From Patescibacteria group bacterium (GTDB lineage Bacteria > Patescibacteriota > Microgenomatia > UBA8517): DNA of 64,000 nucleotides. The stretch lies in assembly GCA_025999275.1 (NCBI GenBank), contig AP024680.1, forward strand, positions 180,728-244,727. Reading direction: 5' to 3'. Made by a program: the position numbers and the translations under genes. Shown one piece after another: positions 29,819 through 40,247 of this stretch; position 1 is the stretch's first letter, and the number at the start of each line of letters is the position of its first letter. The notes below the pieces were generated by a model. It was not told the origin of the DNA. It saw only the letters and a list, made by a program, of their open reading frames with translations, and ran no database searches.

Positions 29819-32800
29819 ATGAATAACAAAAACCAGCACAGAGTATATTTCAGTGAGGAAAAAGGTAATCTTACAGCAGCTGACCTCACTTTTATTCAGA
29901 AGGAATCTTGGCAGTGGTTTTTAGATGAAGCTATATCAAACGAGCTTAAAGAAATTTCTCCAATTGAAGATTTTACTGGTAAGAATTGGGAACTTTATCT
30001 TGAAAACCCTTCTTTAGGAGAACCAACAATAACTTCCAAAAAAGCTTTGGAGAAAGGGTTGACCTATTCTGTGCCTCTTAAAATTACAGCCACTTTAGTT
30101 AATAAGAGAAATGGTAAGAAAGTGACTCAAGAGGTTTTTTTGGGAGAGATTCCTCAAATGACCTCAAGAGGAACTTTTATAATTAGTGGTGTTGAAAGAT
30201 CAGTGGTGAGTCAATTGGTTCGCTCTCCTGGGGTTTATTTTTCTGGTGAACTTGATTCTTCTTCTGGAAGAATGCTTTATCATTCTGAAATTAGGCCATT
30301 GCATGGTACTTGGCTAGAATTTGAAGTGTCTAAAAACGATGTTATATCAGCCCGTATTGATAGGAGAAGAAAAATAACTGCTAGTGTTCTCTTGCGTATA
30401 TTTGGTGTTGAAACTAATGATGAAATCCAGTCTCTCTTTAAGGAAGTAGATAAGGATCCTCAACATAAATATATTTCTTCAACCTTAAATCGTGATCTTA
30501 CCACCAATAAAGAAGAAGCTTTGCTTGATTTCTACAGAAGGATGAGGCCGGGAGAGCCTGTTCTTCTTGAAAATGCTGAAAGTTTGTTTAGAGGGATGTT
30601 TCTTGACCATCGTAGGTATGATTTGGGATCTGTAGGTAGGTTTAAAATAAACAAGAGGTTGGGTCTTGACATTCCCAATGTAAAGCAGAATTGGGTTTTA
30701 ACAAAGGAGGATATCATTTTCACTCTTAAGTATCTAATTGGACTTCAAAACGGTGAGGGAAAAGTTGATGATATCGATCATTTGGCCAATCGTAGGGTAA
30801 GGAGAGTTGGTGAACTCGTATCAACTAACGCTTTTCGGGTTGGGTTGTTAAGACTTGAGAGGTCTATCAAGGAAAAGATGAGCTTAATATCTCCTGCTGA
30901 TAATCCTACCCCATCTTTACTGATTAGCGCCAGACCTTTAGTTGCGTCTTTAAATGAATTTTTCAGATTGAGCCAGCTTTCGGCAATTTTAGATAATACC
31001 AATCCTTTAAGTGAGCTTGATATATTAAGAAAGCTTTCTGTAATGGGTACTGGGGGTATTAATCGGGAAAGAGCTTCGTTTTCTATTCGTGATGTTAGTA
31101 GTTCTCAATATAGCCGTATTGATCCAGTTAGAACTCCTGAAGGTCAGAACATTGGTCTGGTTAATTATTTAGCTCTTTATGCTAGAGTTAATAATTATGG
31201 TTTTATAGAAGCTCCTTACAGAAAAGTTGAAAAGATTAGAAAAGGTGGAAAGACCTTAGTGAAGGTGACAGATGAAATAATTTATCTACCAGCAGATGAT
31301 GAAGAGGAATATCATATTACTCACTGCGGAGTTAATATAGATAAAGATGGATTTATAACGGATGAAAGAGTGGCTTTTCGTTACAAAGGATCAGTTTTAG
31401 AAGGACCAACTCATCTTGTTGATCTTATTGACGTAACGCCAAGGCAGGTGGTTGGAGCTTCTGCTTCTCTTATTCCGTTTTTGGCTCATGATGAAGGTAA
31501 TCGTGCTTTGATGGGAGCTAACATGCAATGTCAAGCTGTACCTTTAATTAAGCCGGAATCTCCTATTGTAGGAACAGGAATGGAAGGCCTAATAGCAAGG
31601 GGAATGGGGCGTCTTATAGAGTCTCAATTTTCTGGAGTGGTTGATTATGCTGATGCTGAAAAGGTTGTTATTAGGTTAGATAAAGAGACAGAAGATAAAG
31701 GATCTGAAGAGGTAGAAATATCTAAAGATGGAAAAACAGCAACTTACTTTTTGACCAAGTTCAAGAAAACATCTCAATCAACATGTTATAACCAAAGAGT
31801 GGTTGTTAAACCAGGAGATAGAGTTGAAAAAGGTGATGTTTTGGCTGATGGGCCATCAATGGAAAATGGAGAACTTGCGTTGGGAAGAAACCTCTTAATT
31901 GCCTATATGTCCCTTGATGGTTACGGTTTTGAAGATGCAATTTTGATTTCAGACCGTTTGGTTAAAGAAGACCTGATGACTTCAATAAATATAGAGGAAT
32001 ATGAGGCTGATGTAGTTGAGACGAAACTTGGCCCAGAAGAATTAACCAGAGATATTCCCAACGTTGCTGAATCTGAACTGGCTAATTTGGCTGAAGATGG
32101 AATTGTTGTCGTTGGGGCTGAGGTTGGGCCTAATGATATTCTAGTAGGTAAAATTGCTCCCAAAGGGGAGACAGAATTGACTGCTGAAGAAAGGCTTTTG
32201 CGGGCCATATTTGGCGAGAAGGCTCGTGAAGTTAGAGATACATCTTTAAGGCTCCCGCATGGAGAGAGGGGTATTGTTGTTGATGTTCAGATTTTGGATC
32301 GAGAAAAAGGAGATGAACTTGGTGCGGGAGTAATCAAGAGAGTTATTGTGAGAGTAGCACAGATGAGAAAAATAACTGTTGGAGATAAAGTGGCAGGTCG
32401 TCACGGGAATAAGGGTGTAATTGCCAAGGTTATGCCTGTTGCTGACATGCCATTCTTGGCAGACGGAACTCCGGTTGATATAATTATTTCTCCACTTTCA
32501 GTGGTTTCTCGTATGAATTTGGGCCAGCTTTTAGAGTGCCATTTAGGTTGGGCAGCTCAAAAACAGGGTATAAAAGTTGCCTTACCTGTTTTTGATGAGA
32601 TTGGTGAAGATAGAATTGTAAATGAACTTAAGAAGGCAAATCTGCCAGTTAATGGAAAGGCGCGTTTGTTTGATGGTAGAACTGGGGAGGCTTTTCTTGA
32701 AGATACTACTGTTGGGATTGCCTATATTATAAAACTTAATCACATGGTAGAGGATAAAACTCATGCTAGATCGACCGGGCCTTATTCTCTGGTAACTCAG

Positions 32801-33220
32801 CAGCCTTTGGGAGGAAAAGCGCAGATGGGAGGTCAGCGTTTGGGAGAGATGGAGGTTTGGGCTCTTGAGGCGCACAGGGCTGCTTATACTTTACAGGAGA
32901 TGTTAACTATTAAATCTGATGATATTGTAGGAAGAGCTAAGGCTTTTGAGGCAATAGTAAAAGGAGTTGACATTCCTCAGTCGACAGTACCTGAAAGCTT
33001 TAAAGTTTTGGTTCGGGAGTTAAATTCTTTGTGTTTGTCTATTGAGGCCTCCGGTCGGGTTAGTAGGGAAGAAGGAGAAATTAGTGAAGAGGTCTCTGAA
33101 TTGGGTTTGGAATTGGAAGAGGCGAGTGGCGCAAAAGAAGTGGCGGTTGCAAGTGAATTGTTAAATCCCGAAGGTCCTATGGAGGTGGATGAAACGCTGC
33201 CTGTGGAAGAAAATAATTAA
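29819..33220 (+). CDS. rpoB: RNA polymerase beta subunit
   Basis: GDKVAGRHGNKG, RSTGPYSLVTQQP, GGQRLGEMEVWALEA. Confidence 0.99.
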   Translation: MNNKNQHRVYFSEEKGNLTAADLTFIQKESWQWFLDEAISNELKEISPIEDFTGKNWELYLENPSLGEPTITSKKALEKGLTYSVPLKITATLVNKRNGKKVTQEVFLGEIPQMTSRGTFIISGVERSVVSQLVRSPGVYFSGELDSSSGRMLYHSEIRPLHGTWLEFEVSKNDVISARIDRRRKITASVLLRIFGVETNDEIQSLFKEVDKDPQHKYISSTLNRDLTTNKEEALLDFYRRMRPGEPVLLENAESLFRGMFLDHRRYDLGSVGRFKINKRLGLDIPNVKQNWVLTKEDIIFTLKYLIGLQNGEGKVDDIDHLANRRVRRVGELVSTNAFRVGLLRLERSIKEKMSLISPADNPTPSLLISARPLVASLNEFFRLSQLSAILDNTNPLSELDILRKLSVMGTGGINRERASFSIRDVSSSQYSRIDPVRTPEGQNIGLVNYLALYARVNNYGFIEAPYRKVEKIRKGGKTLVKVTDEIIYLPADDEEEYHITHCGVNIDKDGFITDERVAFRYKGSVLEGPTHLVDLIDVTPRQVVGASASLIPFLAHDEGNRALMGANMQCQAVPLIKPESPIVGTGMEGLIARGMGRLIESQFSGVVDYADAEKVVIRLDKETEDKGSEEVEISKDGKTATYFLTKFKKTSQSTCYNQRVVVKPGDRVEKGDVLADGPSMENGELALGRNLLIAYMSLDGYGFEDAILISDRLVKEDLMTSINIEEYEADVVETKLGPEELTRDIPNVAESELANLAEDGIVVVGAEVGPNDILVGKIAPKGETELTAEERLLRAIFGEKAREVRDTSLRLPHGERGIVVDVQILDREKGDELGAGVIKRVIVRVAQMRKITVGDKVAGRHGNKGVIAKVMPVADMPFLADGTPVDIIISPLSVVSRMNLGQLLECHLGWAAQKQGIKVALPVFDEIGEDRIVNELKKANLPVNGKARLFDGRTGEAFLEDTTVGIAYIIKLNHMVEDKTHARSTGPYSLVTQQPLGGKAQMGGQRLGEMEVWALEAHRAAYTLQEMLTIKSDDIVGRAKAFEAIVKGVDIPQSTVPESFKVLVRELNSLCLSIEASGRVSREEGEISEEVSELGLELEEASGAKEVAVASELLNPEGPMEVDETLPVEENN

Positions 33221-33221
33221 T

Positions 33222-36200
33222 ATGGATCCTTTATCTGATTTTAAAGACTTAACTGATTTTACAAGCTTAATAATTAAGCTTGCTTCCCCTGAGGAGATCA
33301 GGAAATGGTCGCGTGGTGAAGTAACTAAACCTGAGACCATAAATTATCGGACTTTGAAGCCGGAGAAAGATGGGCTTTTTGATGAGAGAATTTTTGGGCC
33401 GACAAAAGACTGGGAATGTTATTGTGGTAAATATAAAAGAATAAGGTATAAAGGTGTTGTTTGTGACAAGTGTGGTGTTGAGGTAACTTTGTCTAGGGTC
33501 AGGCGTGAGAGAATGGGGCATATCAATTTGGTTGCTCCTGTTGCTCATGTTTGGTATTTCAAAGGGGCTCCTTCTAAGATATCTCTTGTTCTAGATATTC
33601 CCCCAAGAGCAGTTGAACAGGTTATCTACTTTGCTAGACATTTGGTAATAAAACTGGATGAAAAAGGAAAGAAAGAAGCTATTATCAATTTAGATAAAGC
33701 TAGAAAGGATTCTATCTTGAAGTTTGATCAAGATTTTGAAGAAAAGAAGAGTGTCTTGAGAAAATCTGCTTCTGAGGATAAAGAAAAGGTAGATAAGAAG
33801 ATTAAGAATAAAGAGCAAGCCTCTTTAGCCAAACTTGAAATCGATCTTGAGTTAAGAAAAAGAGAACAGCTTTTAACAGACGAGCACAACTTAAACGTTG
33901 AGAGAACAAATCAGTTGTTTGATAATTTGGTAAGCCTGGTTAAAAATCTCAAAGTCTTTGATGTTATAAGTGAGGATGAGTTAGATCAACTTCGTTCATA
34001 CCAAGCTGACATCTTTTTTGAGACAAAGACTGGCGCAGAAGCTATATTGTCAGCCTTGGAAACAGTTAATTTGGAAGAATTGTCTGCCTCTTTGCGTAAA
34101 GAGATGCTACAGACAAAAGAGAATACTCCTAGATTTGTAAAGTTAGCCAAGAGGTTGAAGCTAATTGATGGAATGCGCAAGTCAAAGATAAATCCTGCCT
34201 GGATGATTCTTAAGGTTTTGCCAGTTTTACCTCCTGATTTGAGGCCTATGGTTCAGCTTTCAGGAGGAAGGTTTGCAACAAGTGATCTAAACGACCTTTA
34301 TCGCCGTGTAATTAACCGCAATAATCGTCTTAAGCATCTAATAAACCTGGGAGCTCCAGAGATTATTTTGAGAAACGAGAAAAGAATGTTACAGGAGGCA
34401 GTTGATTCTTTGATTGACGCTTCTCAAAAGAAAGCTACTCGCCGAGGAAGAGGTAAACAGCCTCTAAGGTCGCTTTCTGACATGTTGAAGGGTAAACAAG
34501 GTCGTTTCAGACAAAACTTGTTGGGTAAAAGAGTAGATTATTCTGGTCGAAGTGTAATTGTAGTTGGGCCAGAGTTAAGACTTAATGAATGTGGTTTGCC
34601 AAAAGAGATGGCTCTTGAGATGTTTAAGCCTTTTGTTTTGCGAGAGATGATCAAGAGAGGTATTGCACCAAATGTCAAAAGTGCTAAGAATATGCTTGAA
34701 AGAAGACCTGATGAAGTCTTTGATATCTTAGAGGAAATCACCAAAAACCATCCTGTTCTTTTGAATCGTGCTCCTACTCTTCATAAGTTAAGTATTCTGG
34801 CTTTTTATCCTGTTTTAATTGAAGGAAGCGCAATTAGACTTCATCCGGTTGTCTGTAGTGGATTTAATGCTGATTTTGATGGAGATCAAATGGCTGTTCA
34901 TGTACCTCTTTCACAAAAAGCAATTGATGAGGCTAAAAACTTGATGATGCCTGAAAAAAATCTGCTTAAACCAGCTGATGGTTCGCCAATTGCTATTCCT
35001 TCTAGAAAGGAAATGGCCTTGGGAATTTATTATCTGACAGATATTGATAATAGAATTTCTCCTTGCAAGACTATCTTTTCAGACAAAGATGAGGCGGTTT
35101 TGGCCTATCAATCGGGTTTGATTCAGATTAGACAGGAGATATCTCTTAGAATGGATGGGAAAATTATAAAGACATCGGTGGGAAGAATATTCTTTAACGA
35201 AGTTCTTCCTGAAGGTTTCGGTTTTATAAATGAGGCGGTTACATCAAGTGTTATTAAAAATATATTTAATCGAGTATTGTCTGATTATGACCAAAAGATT
35301 GTTATTGATACCATAGATAAGGTTAAAAATCTAGGTTTCTGGGGAGGTTCTATTGCTGGTATTTCTATGTCTATTTTTGATGCTGTAGTTCATCCTGATA
35401 AGGATAAAATGATTAAGGAAGCTGAAAAGAGATTGGCTGAAATTGAAAGTAATTATGCTCAAGGGTTAATAACAGCCCAAGAGAAGAAGAGATTTACGGA
35501 GGAAGTGTGGATTGAAGTAAGTGAGGAACTTGCTGATAGAACTTGGGAGCTTTTTGATAAAGACAATCCAATTAGAGTGGTTATTGATGCTAAAGTTGGA
35601 AGAGCTTCAAGAGACCAGGTTAAACAGCTTGCGGCAATGCGTGGTTTGATTACCGATCCTCTTGGAAAAACAGTTGAGCTTCCAATTAAATCTAACTTTA
35701 GGGAAGGGTTGTCTGTTTTTGAATATGTTACTTCGAGCCGAGGTTCAAGAAAAGGACTTACTGATACTGCTTTGAAGACTGCAGATGCTGGTTATTTGAC
35801 TAGAAGGTTGGTTGATGTGACACACGATGTTATTATTAGAGATGAGGACTGTGGAACAGATGAGGGGTTGAAAGTAAGTCTTAAAGGTAAAAGAGAAAGT
35901 GTTCTTTTCAATATTACAGGTCGGGTTTTATCATCTGATGTTGTTGTTCCGAAGACAAAGAAAGTTTTGTTTGCAAAAGGTGATTTGATTGATGATGTTA
36001 AAGCTGCAAAGATAATTGATCTTGGAATTGAAGAGATTGAGGTTTTTTCTCCATTAACTTGTAAATTAAGTCACGGTGTTTGTGCTAAATGTTATGGTTT
36101 GGATCTCTCAAACAAGAAGATGGTTGAGATAGGCACTCCTGTTGGGGTAATTGCTGCACAGTCGATAGGAGAACCTGGTACACAGTTAACCTTGAGGACC

Positions 36201-36953
36201 AAACACTCAGCTGGTGTGGTGGGTGTTGATGTGACACAAGGTTTGCCTAGAGTAGAAGAACTCTTTGAGGCTAGAACTCCAAAAGTTACAGCTCCAATTA
36301 GTGAAATAGCAGGTAAAGTAACAGTTTCAGAAACCGAAGAAGGTTGGAAAGTAGTGGTTTCAACTTCTACCTCTGGTCTTAAAGACAGAAGAGAATATAT
36401 TATTCCCAAGACTTTGAACCTGACTGTTAAAAATGGTCAAAAAATAGAAATTGGCTATCCTTTGGCGTCAGCACCACTTGATTTAAGAGAGATAATGGCC
36501 ATTAAAGGCTTGAGGTTTGCTCAAGAGTATATTATCTCTCAAGTTAAAGCAGTTTATGAATCTCAAGGTATTGCAATTCACGATAAGCATTTTGAAATAA
36601 TAGTTAGAAAGATGAGCGATAAGGTCAAGGTTGCAAGCTGTGGAGATACATCTTTCTTGCCCGGTGAATTAGTAGATAAGGTTTCGTTTGAGGAAGAGAA
36701 CAGAAAGGTTTTGGCTGCAGGTGGTGAACCCGCAAGCGCTCAGCAAGTTATATTGGGTATAACTAGAAGATCGCTTTATACAGACAGTTGGCTTTCTGCG
36801 GCCTCGTTTGAGCAAACAACAGAAGTTTTGACAGAGTCTTCACTTGAAGGTAAAGAGGATAATCTTTTAGGATTGAAAGAGAATGTTATTATAGGAAGGC
36901 TGATTCCAGTAACACCTGAAACTGCTCGTTTGCCTGAAGGGGCAAAAATCTGA
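33222..36953 (+). CDS. rpoC: RNA polymerase beta' subunit
   Basis: NADFDGDQM, Zn-binding CYCGKY...CDKC, GEPGTQLT. Confidence 0.99.
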   Translation: MDPLSDFKDLTDFTSLIIKLASPEEIRKWSRGEVTKPETINYRTLKPEKDGLFDERIFGPTKDWECYCGKYKRIRYKGVVCDKCGVEVTLSRVRRERMGHINLVAPVAHVWYFKGAPSKISLVLDIPPRAVEQVIYFARHLVIKLDEKGKKEAIINLDKARKDSILKFDQDFEEKKSVLRKSASEDKEKVDKKIKNKEQASLAKLEIDLELRKREQLLTDEHNLNVERTNQLFDNLVSLVKNLKVFDVISEDELDQLRSYQADIFFETKTGAEAILSALETVNLEELSASLRKEMLQTKENTPRFVKLAKRLKLIDGMRKSKINPAWMILKVLPVLPPDLRPMVQLSGGRFATSDLNDLYRRVINRNNRLKHLINLGAPEIILRNEKRMLQEAVDSLIDASQKKATRRGRGKQPLRSLSDMLKGKQGRFRQNLLGKRVDYSGRSVIVVGPELRLNECGLPKEMALEMFKPFVLREMIKRGIAPNVKSAKNMLERRPDEVFDILEEITKNHPVLLNRAPTLHKLSILAFYPVLIEGSAIRLHPVVCSGFNADFDGDQMAVHVPLSQKAIDEAKNLMMPEKNLLKPADGSPIAIPSRKEMALGIYYLTDIDNRISPCKTIFSDKDEAVLAYQSGLIQIRQEISLRMDGKIIKTSVGRIFFNEVLPEGFGFINEAVTSSVIKNIFNRVLSDYDQKIVIDTIDKVKNLGFWGGSIAGISMSIFDAVVHPDKDKMIKEAEKRLAEIESNYAQGLITAQEKKRFTEEVWIEVSEELADRTWELFDKDNPIRVVIDAKVGRASRDQVKQLAAMRGLITDPLGKTVELPIKSNFREGLSVFEYVTSSRGSRKGLTDTALKTADAGYLTRRLVDVTHDVIIRDEDCGTDEGLKVSLKGKRESVLFNITGRVLSSDVVVPKTKKVLFAKGDLIDDVKAAKIIDLGIEEIEVFSPLTCKLSHGVCAKCYGLDLSNKKMVEIGTPVGVIAAQSIGEPGTQLTLRTKHSAGVVGVDVTQGLPRVEELFEARTPKVTAPISEIAGKVTVSETEEGWKVVVSTSTSGLKDRREYIIPKTLNLTVKNGQKIEIGYPLASAPLDLREIMAIKGLRFAQEYIISQVKAVYESQGIAIHDKHFEIIVRKMSDKVKVASCGDTSFLPGELVDKVSFEEENRKVLAAGGEPASAQQVILGITRRSLYTDSWLSAASFEQTTEVLTESSLEGKEDNLLGLKENVIIGRLIPVTPETARLPEGAKI

Positions 36954-37015
36954 TAGAATATTCAAGCAAATTACCTTTGGTTCTTGTCCATTGTTAACAA
37001 AACAAAGGTTTTTTT
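36930..37015 (+). promoter_or_regulatory. rpsL promoter and leader hairpin with U-tract
   Basis: TTGCCT-18-TAGAAT with TGn; ACCTTTG...CAAAGGT stem followed by a T run. Confidence 0.55.
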
Positions 37016-37031
37016 GTGTTTTTAATGATTT

Positions 37032-37484
37032 ATGCCAACAGTATTACAATTAATTAGAAAAGGTAGAAAAAAAATAGTTAAAAGGACCAAAAAGGCGGCC
37101 CTTAGGCGCTGGTTTAATGCAAAAGATAGGAAATATGGTGAATTACCATCTCCCTTCAAGAGGGGGGTTGTTTTGCAAGTAAGAACAATGACACCCAAGA
37201 AGCCAAATTCTGCTTTGCGAAAGGTAGCTCGTGTTAGGCTTTCCAATAAACAAGAGGTTACAGCTTATATTCCTGGTGAAGGGCATGAGTTAATCGAGCA
37301 TTCAGTTGTGTTGATAAAAGGCGGAAGGGTAAAGGATTTACCAGGTGTGAAGTATAAGATTGTCCGTGGAAAGTATGACACTACTGGTGTAGTGGGGCGT
37401 AAGACATCTCGAAGTAAATATGGGGCTAAGAAAGAAGGTAAGGGAGGCTCAGCCTCATCCCAATCAGCTTCGGCTGCTAATTAA
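37032..37484 (+). CDS. rpsL: 30S ribosomal protein S12
   Basis: [21 protein letters not shown]. Confidence 0.99.
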   Translation: MPTVLQLIRKGRKKIVKRTKKAALRRWFNAKDRKYGELPSPFKRGVVLQVRTMTPKKPNSALRKVARVRLSNKQEVTAYIPGEGHELIEHSVVLIKGGRVKDLPGVKYKIVRGKYDTTGVVGRKTSRSKYGAKKEGKGGSASSQSASAAN

Positions 37485-37490
37485 AGTATT

Positions 37491-37967
37491 ATGGCAAGGA
37501 AAGGACTAGTAAAACCAAGAGAAATAAAACCAGATCCTGTTTATAAAAATCGTTTGGTAGCAAAATTAATTAATTGTTCGATGAGAGACGGTAAAAAGAG
37601 CGTGGCAGAAAAACAGGTTTATGGAGCTTTTGAGATTATTAAAAGCAAGGGGCTTGATCCAATTAAAGTTTTTGCTGAAGCTGTAGCTAATGTTAAACCT
37701 ACGATGGAGGTAAGACCAAGAAGGATTGGAGGGGCAGCTTATCAAGTTCCTGTAGCTGTGCGTGGCCCAAGAAAAGAATCACTGGCTATTCGTTGGATTG
37801 TTATGGGAGCGAGATCAAGATCAAATAGTGAATTTCACACCTTTTCAGAGAAATTAGCGGCAGAAATTTTAGATGCCTCGAAAGGAGAAGGTTTTGCTGT
37901 TAAGAAAAGACAAGATATGGAAAAAATGGCAGAAGCCAATAGGGCTTTTGCTCACTTCCGTTGGTAA
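37491..37967 (+). CDS. rpsG: 30S ribosomal protein S7
   Basis: [24 protein letters not shown]. Confidence 0.99.
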   Translation: MARKGLVKPREIKPDPVYKNRLVAKLINCSMRDGKKSVAEKQVYGAFEIIKSKGLDPIKVFAEAVANVKPTMEVRPRRIGGAAYQVPVAVRGPRKESLAIRWIVMGARSRSNSEFHTFSEKLAAEILDASKGEGFAVKKRQDMEKMAEANRAFAHFRW

Positions 37968-37975
37968 TTTAGCCT

Positions 37976-40150
37976 ATGTCTCAAGTTCAAGCTACTAAAA
38001 AGAAAGCGTCTTTGGTTTTTACGGCTACAAAAGACCGTAACCTCCCTATGGAAATGATTAGGAATATTGGTATTATTGCTCATATCGATGCAGGTAAGAC
38101 TACAACTACAGAAAGAATTTTATTTGAAACAGGAAGAACTTATCGATTGGGTTCAGTTGATGAGGGTACTACTGCTACAGACTGGATGGAACAGGAAAGA
38201 GAGCGTGGAATTACCATTGTTTCAGCAGCAATTACCACATTTTGGAGTTTAAAACAAGAAACTTCGGTTAAGGATGGCCAGTATAGAATTAATATTATTG
38301 ACACTCCAGGTCATATTGATTTTACTGCTGAAGTTGAGAGATCTTTGAGGGTTCTTGATGGTGCTGTTGTTGTTTTTGACGGTAGAACTGGGGTTGAAAG
38401 TCAATCAGAGACTGTTTGGCGTCAAGCTGATAAATATAAAGTTCCAAGAATTTGTGTCTTAAACAAGCTTAATCTTATTGGTGCTGATTTTGAGGGTAGT
38501 TTGAAATCAATTTATGAAAGATTGGGGGCAAATGCAGCACCAGTGATTTACCCAATAGGTATAGAACACAACTTGAGGGGTGCAATAGATCTGATAAAAA
38601 TGAAGGCGTTTACTTATTCTGGGATCGAGGATAACAAGTTGGTTGAAGATGAAATTCCTGCTGAATACAAGGAAATAGCTGAGAAATATCGTGGTGAGCT
38701 TCTAGAGAAAATTGCAGAATATGATGACGATGTTTTAGCTAAATATTTAAATGGTGAAGAACTAACTGAGGCCGAAATTAAGAGAGCTATAAGGAAAGGT
38801 GTAGTTTCTGGAAAGTTTTTCCCGGTTTTTGGTGGAGATAATAGAACTGCAATTATTCAGTTATTGCTTAATGGAATAGTTGAATATTTACCTTCTCCTT
38901 TAGATTTACCGCCAGTTCATGGTATTAATCCCAAGACTCAGGAAGCTGAAATTAGAGAGCCCAAAAATGAAGCTCCGTTTTCGGCTCTTGCCTTTAAGGT
39001 GATGACAGACCCTCATGTTGGTCGTTTGGTTTACTTGCGTGTCTATTCGGGTATAATTAAGACAGGTCAACAAGTTTTAAATTCAACAAAGTTAGTCAAT
39101 GAAAGGATTGGCAAACTTGTCTTACTTCATGCTGATCAAAGAGAATTAATTGAAGAAGCCTATGCTGGTGAGATTGTGGCAGCAGTTGGCTTGAAAGATA
39201 CCACTACTGGTCACACTCTTTGTGATCCTAACAAACCGATTATCCTTGAATCAATAAAATTCCCTGAGCCTGTTATTTCCCTAGCAATTGAACCGGCTAC
39301 AAAATCTGATCAGGAAAAAATGGGTATAGCTTTGGGCAAACTTCTGGACGAGGACCCGACTTTTCGTGTTAAATCAAATCAAGAAACTGGCCAGACAATT
39401 ATTTCTGGGATGGGCGAACTTCAGCTTGAGATTTTAGTTGATAGAATGAAAAGAGAGTTTGGTGTTGAAGCCAAGATTGGGGCTCCGCAAGTGGCTTATA
39501 AAGAAACTATTAAGAAAGTTGGTAAAGGCGAAGGTAAGTATATTAGACAAACTGGGGGTCGAGGGCAGTATGGACATTGCTTTCTTCGAGTTGAACCTTT
39601 GGGAAGGGGAGAGGGTATTAAGTTTATTTCTGAGATAAAAGGTGGAGCAATTCCTGCGGAATTTATTCCTGCTGTTGAAAAAGGTGTTAGAGAGAAGCTT
39701 GAGAATGGTGTTTTGGCTGGCTATCCAATTACTGATTTGGCAGTTTATCTTTATGATGGCACTTATCATGAAGTTGATTCTTCAGAAATTGCTTTCAAGA
39801 TTGCCGGTTCGATGGCAGTTGAACAGGCTGTAAGAGAGGCTGATATGGTTCTGCTTGAACCAATTGTGAAGGTAGAGGTTGCTACACCCAAGGAATTTAT
39901 GGGAGATATAATTGGAGATTTGTCTTCAAAGAGAGCTCAGATTCAAGGTACTGAAGAAAAGGGGGATATGACATATATTTATGCTTTTGCCCCTTTGGCC
40001 GAACTTTCAGGCTATGTGACTAAGGTTAGATCAATTTCCCAAGGACGAGCTGTTCCTTATATTGAGCCGAGTCATTATGAAGAAGTACCTAGAAATATAG
40101 CTGATCAGATAATTGAGAAATCGGGTAAGGTGACTATGCCTCGAGGATAG
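37976..40150 (+). CDS. fusA: Elongation factor G
   Basis: AHIDAGKTT, RGITI, DTPGH, GMGELQL, QTGGRGQYG; position in the str operon. Confidence 0.98.
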   Translation: MSQVQATKKKASLVFTATKDRNLPMEMIRNIGIIAHIDAGKTTTTERILFETGRTYRLGSVDEGTTATDWMEQERERGITIVSAAITTFWSLKQETSVKDGQYRINIIDTPGHIDFTAEVERSLRVLDGAVVVFDGRTGVESQSETVWRQADKYKVPRICVLNKLNLIGADFEGSLKSIYERLGANAAPVIYPIGIEHNLRGAIDLIKMKAFTYSGIEDNKLVEDEIPAEYKEIAEKYRGELLEKIAEYDDDVLAKYLNGEELTEAEIKRAIRKGVVSGKFFPVFGGDNRTAIIQLLLNGIVEYLPSPLDLPPVHGINPKTQEAEIREPKNEAPFSALAFKVMTDPHVGRLVYLRVYSGIIKTGQQVLNSTKLVNERIGKLVLLHADQRELIEEAYAGEIVAAVGLKDTTTGHTLCDPNKPIILESIKFPEPVISLAIEPATKSDQEKMGIALGKLLDEDPTFRVKSNQETGQTIISGMGELQLEILVDRMKREFGVEAKIGAPQVAYKETIKKVGKGEGKYIRQTGGRGQYGHCFLRVEPLGRGEGIKFISEIKGGAIPAEFIPAVEKGVREKLENGVLAGYPITDLAVYLYDGTYHEVDSSEIAFKIAGSMAVEQAVREADMVLLEPIVKVEVATPKEFMGDIIGDLSSKRAQIQGTEEKGDMTYIYAFAPLAELSGYVTKVRSISQGRAVPYIEPSHYEEVPRNIADQIIEKSGKVTMPRG

Positions 40151-40165
40151 GATTAAAAATCCCTC

Positions 40166-40195
40166 TTGACATTTCGTTTTCGCCTCGAGTATAAT
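40166..40195 (+). promoter_or_regulatory. Internal tuf promoter
   Basis: TTGACA-18-TATAAT. Confidence 0.7.
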
Positions 40196-40247
40196 CACCA
40201 CTAGTATTTTAAAAGATAGGGTCTTTGTGCTCTATAAAAGTAAAAAT

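Noticed and set aside
33640-33960. Coiled-coil insertion in RpoC as an intein or novel domain
   Set aside because: No intein termini or endonuclease motifs. It lies at a known site of lineage-specific beta' insertions.
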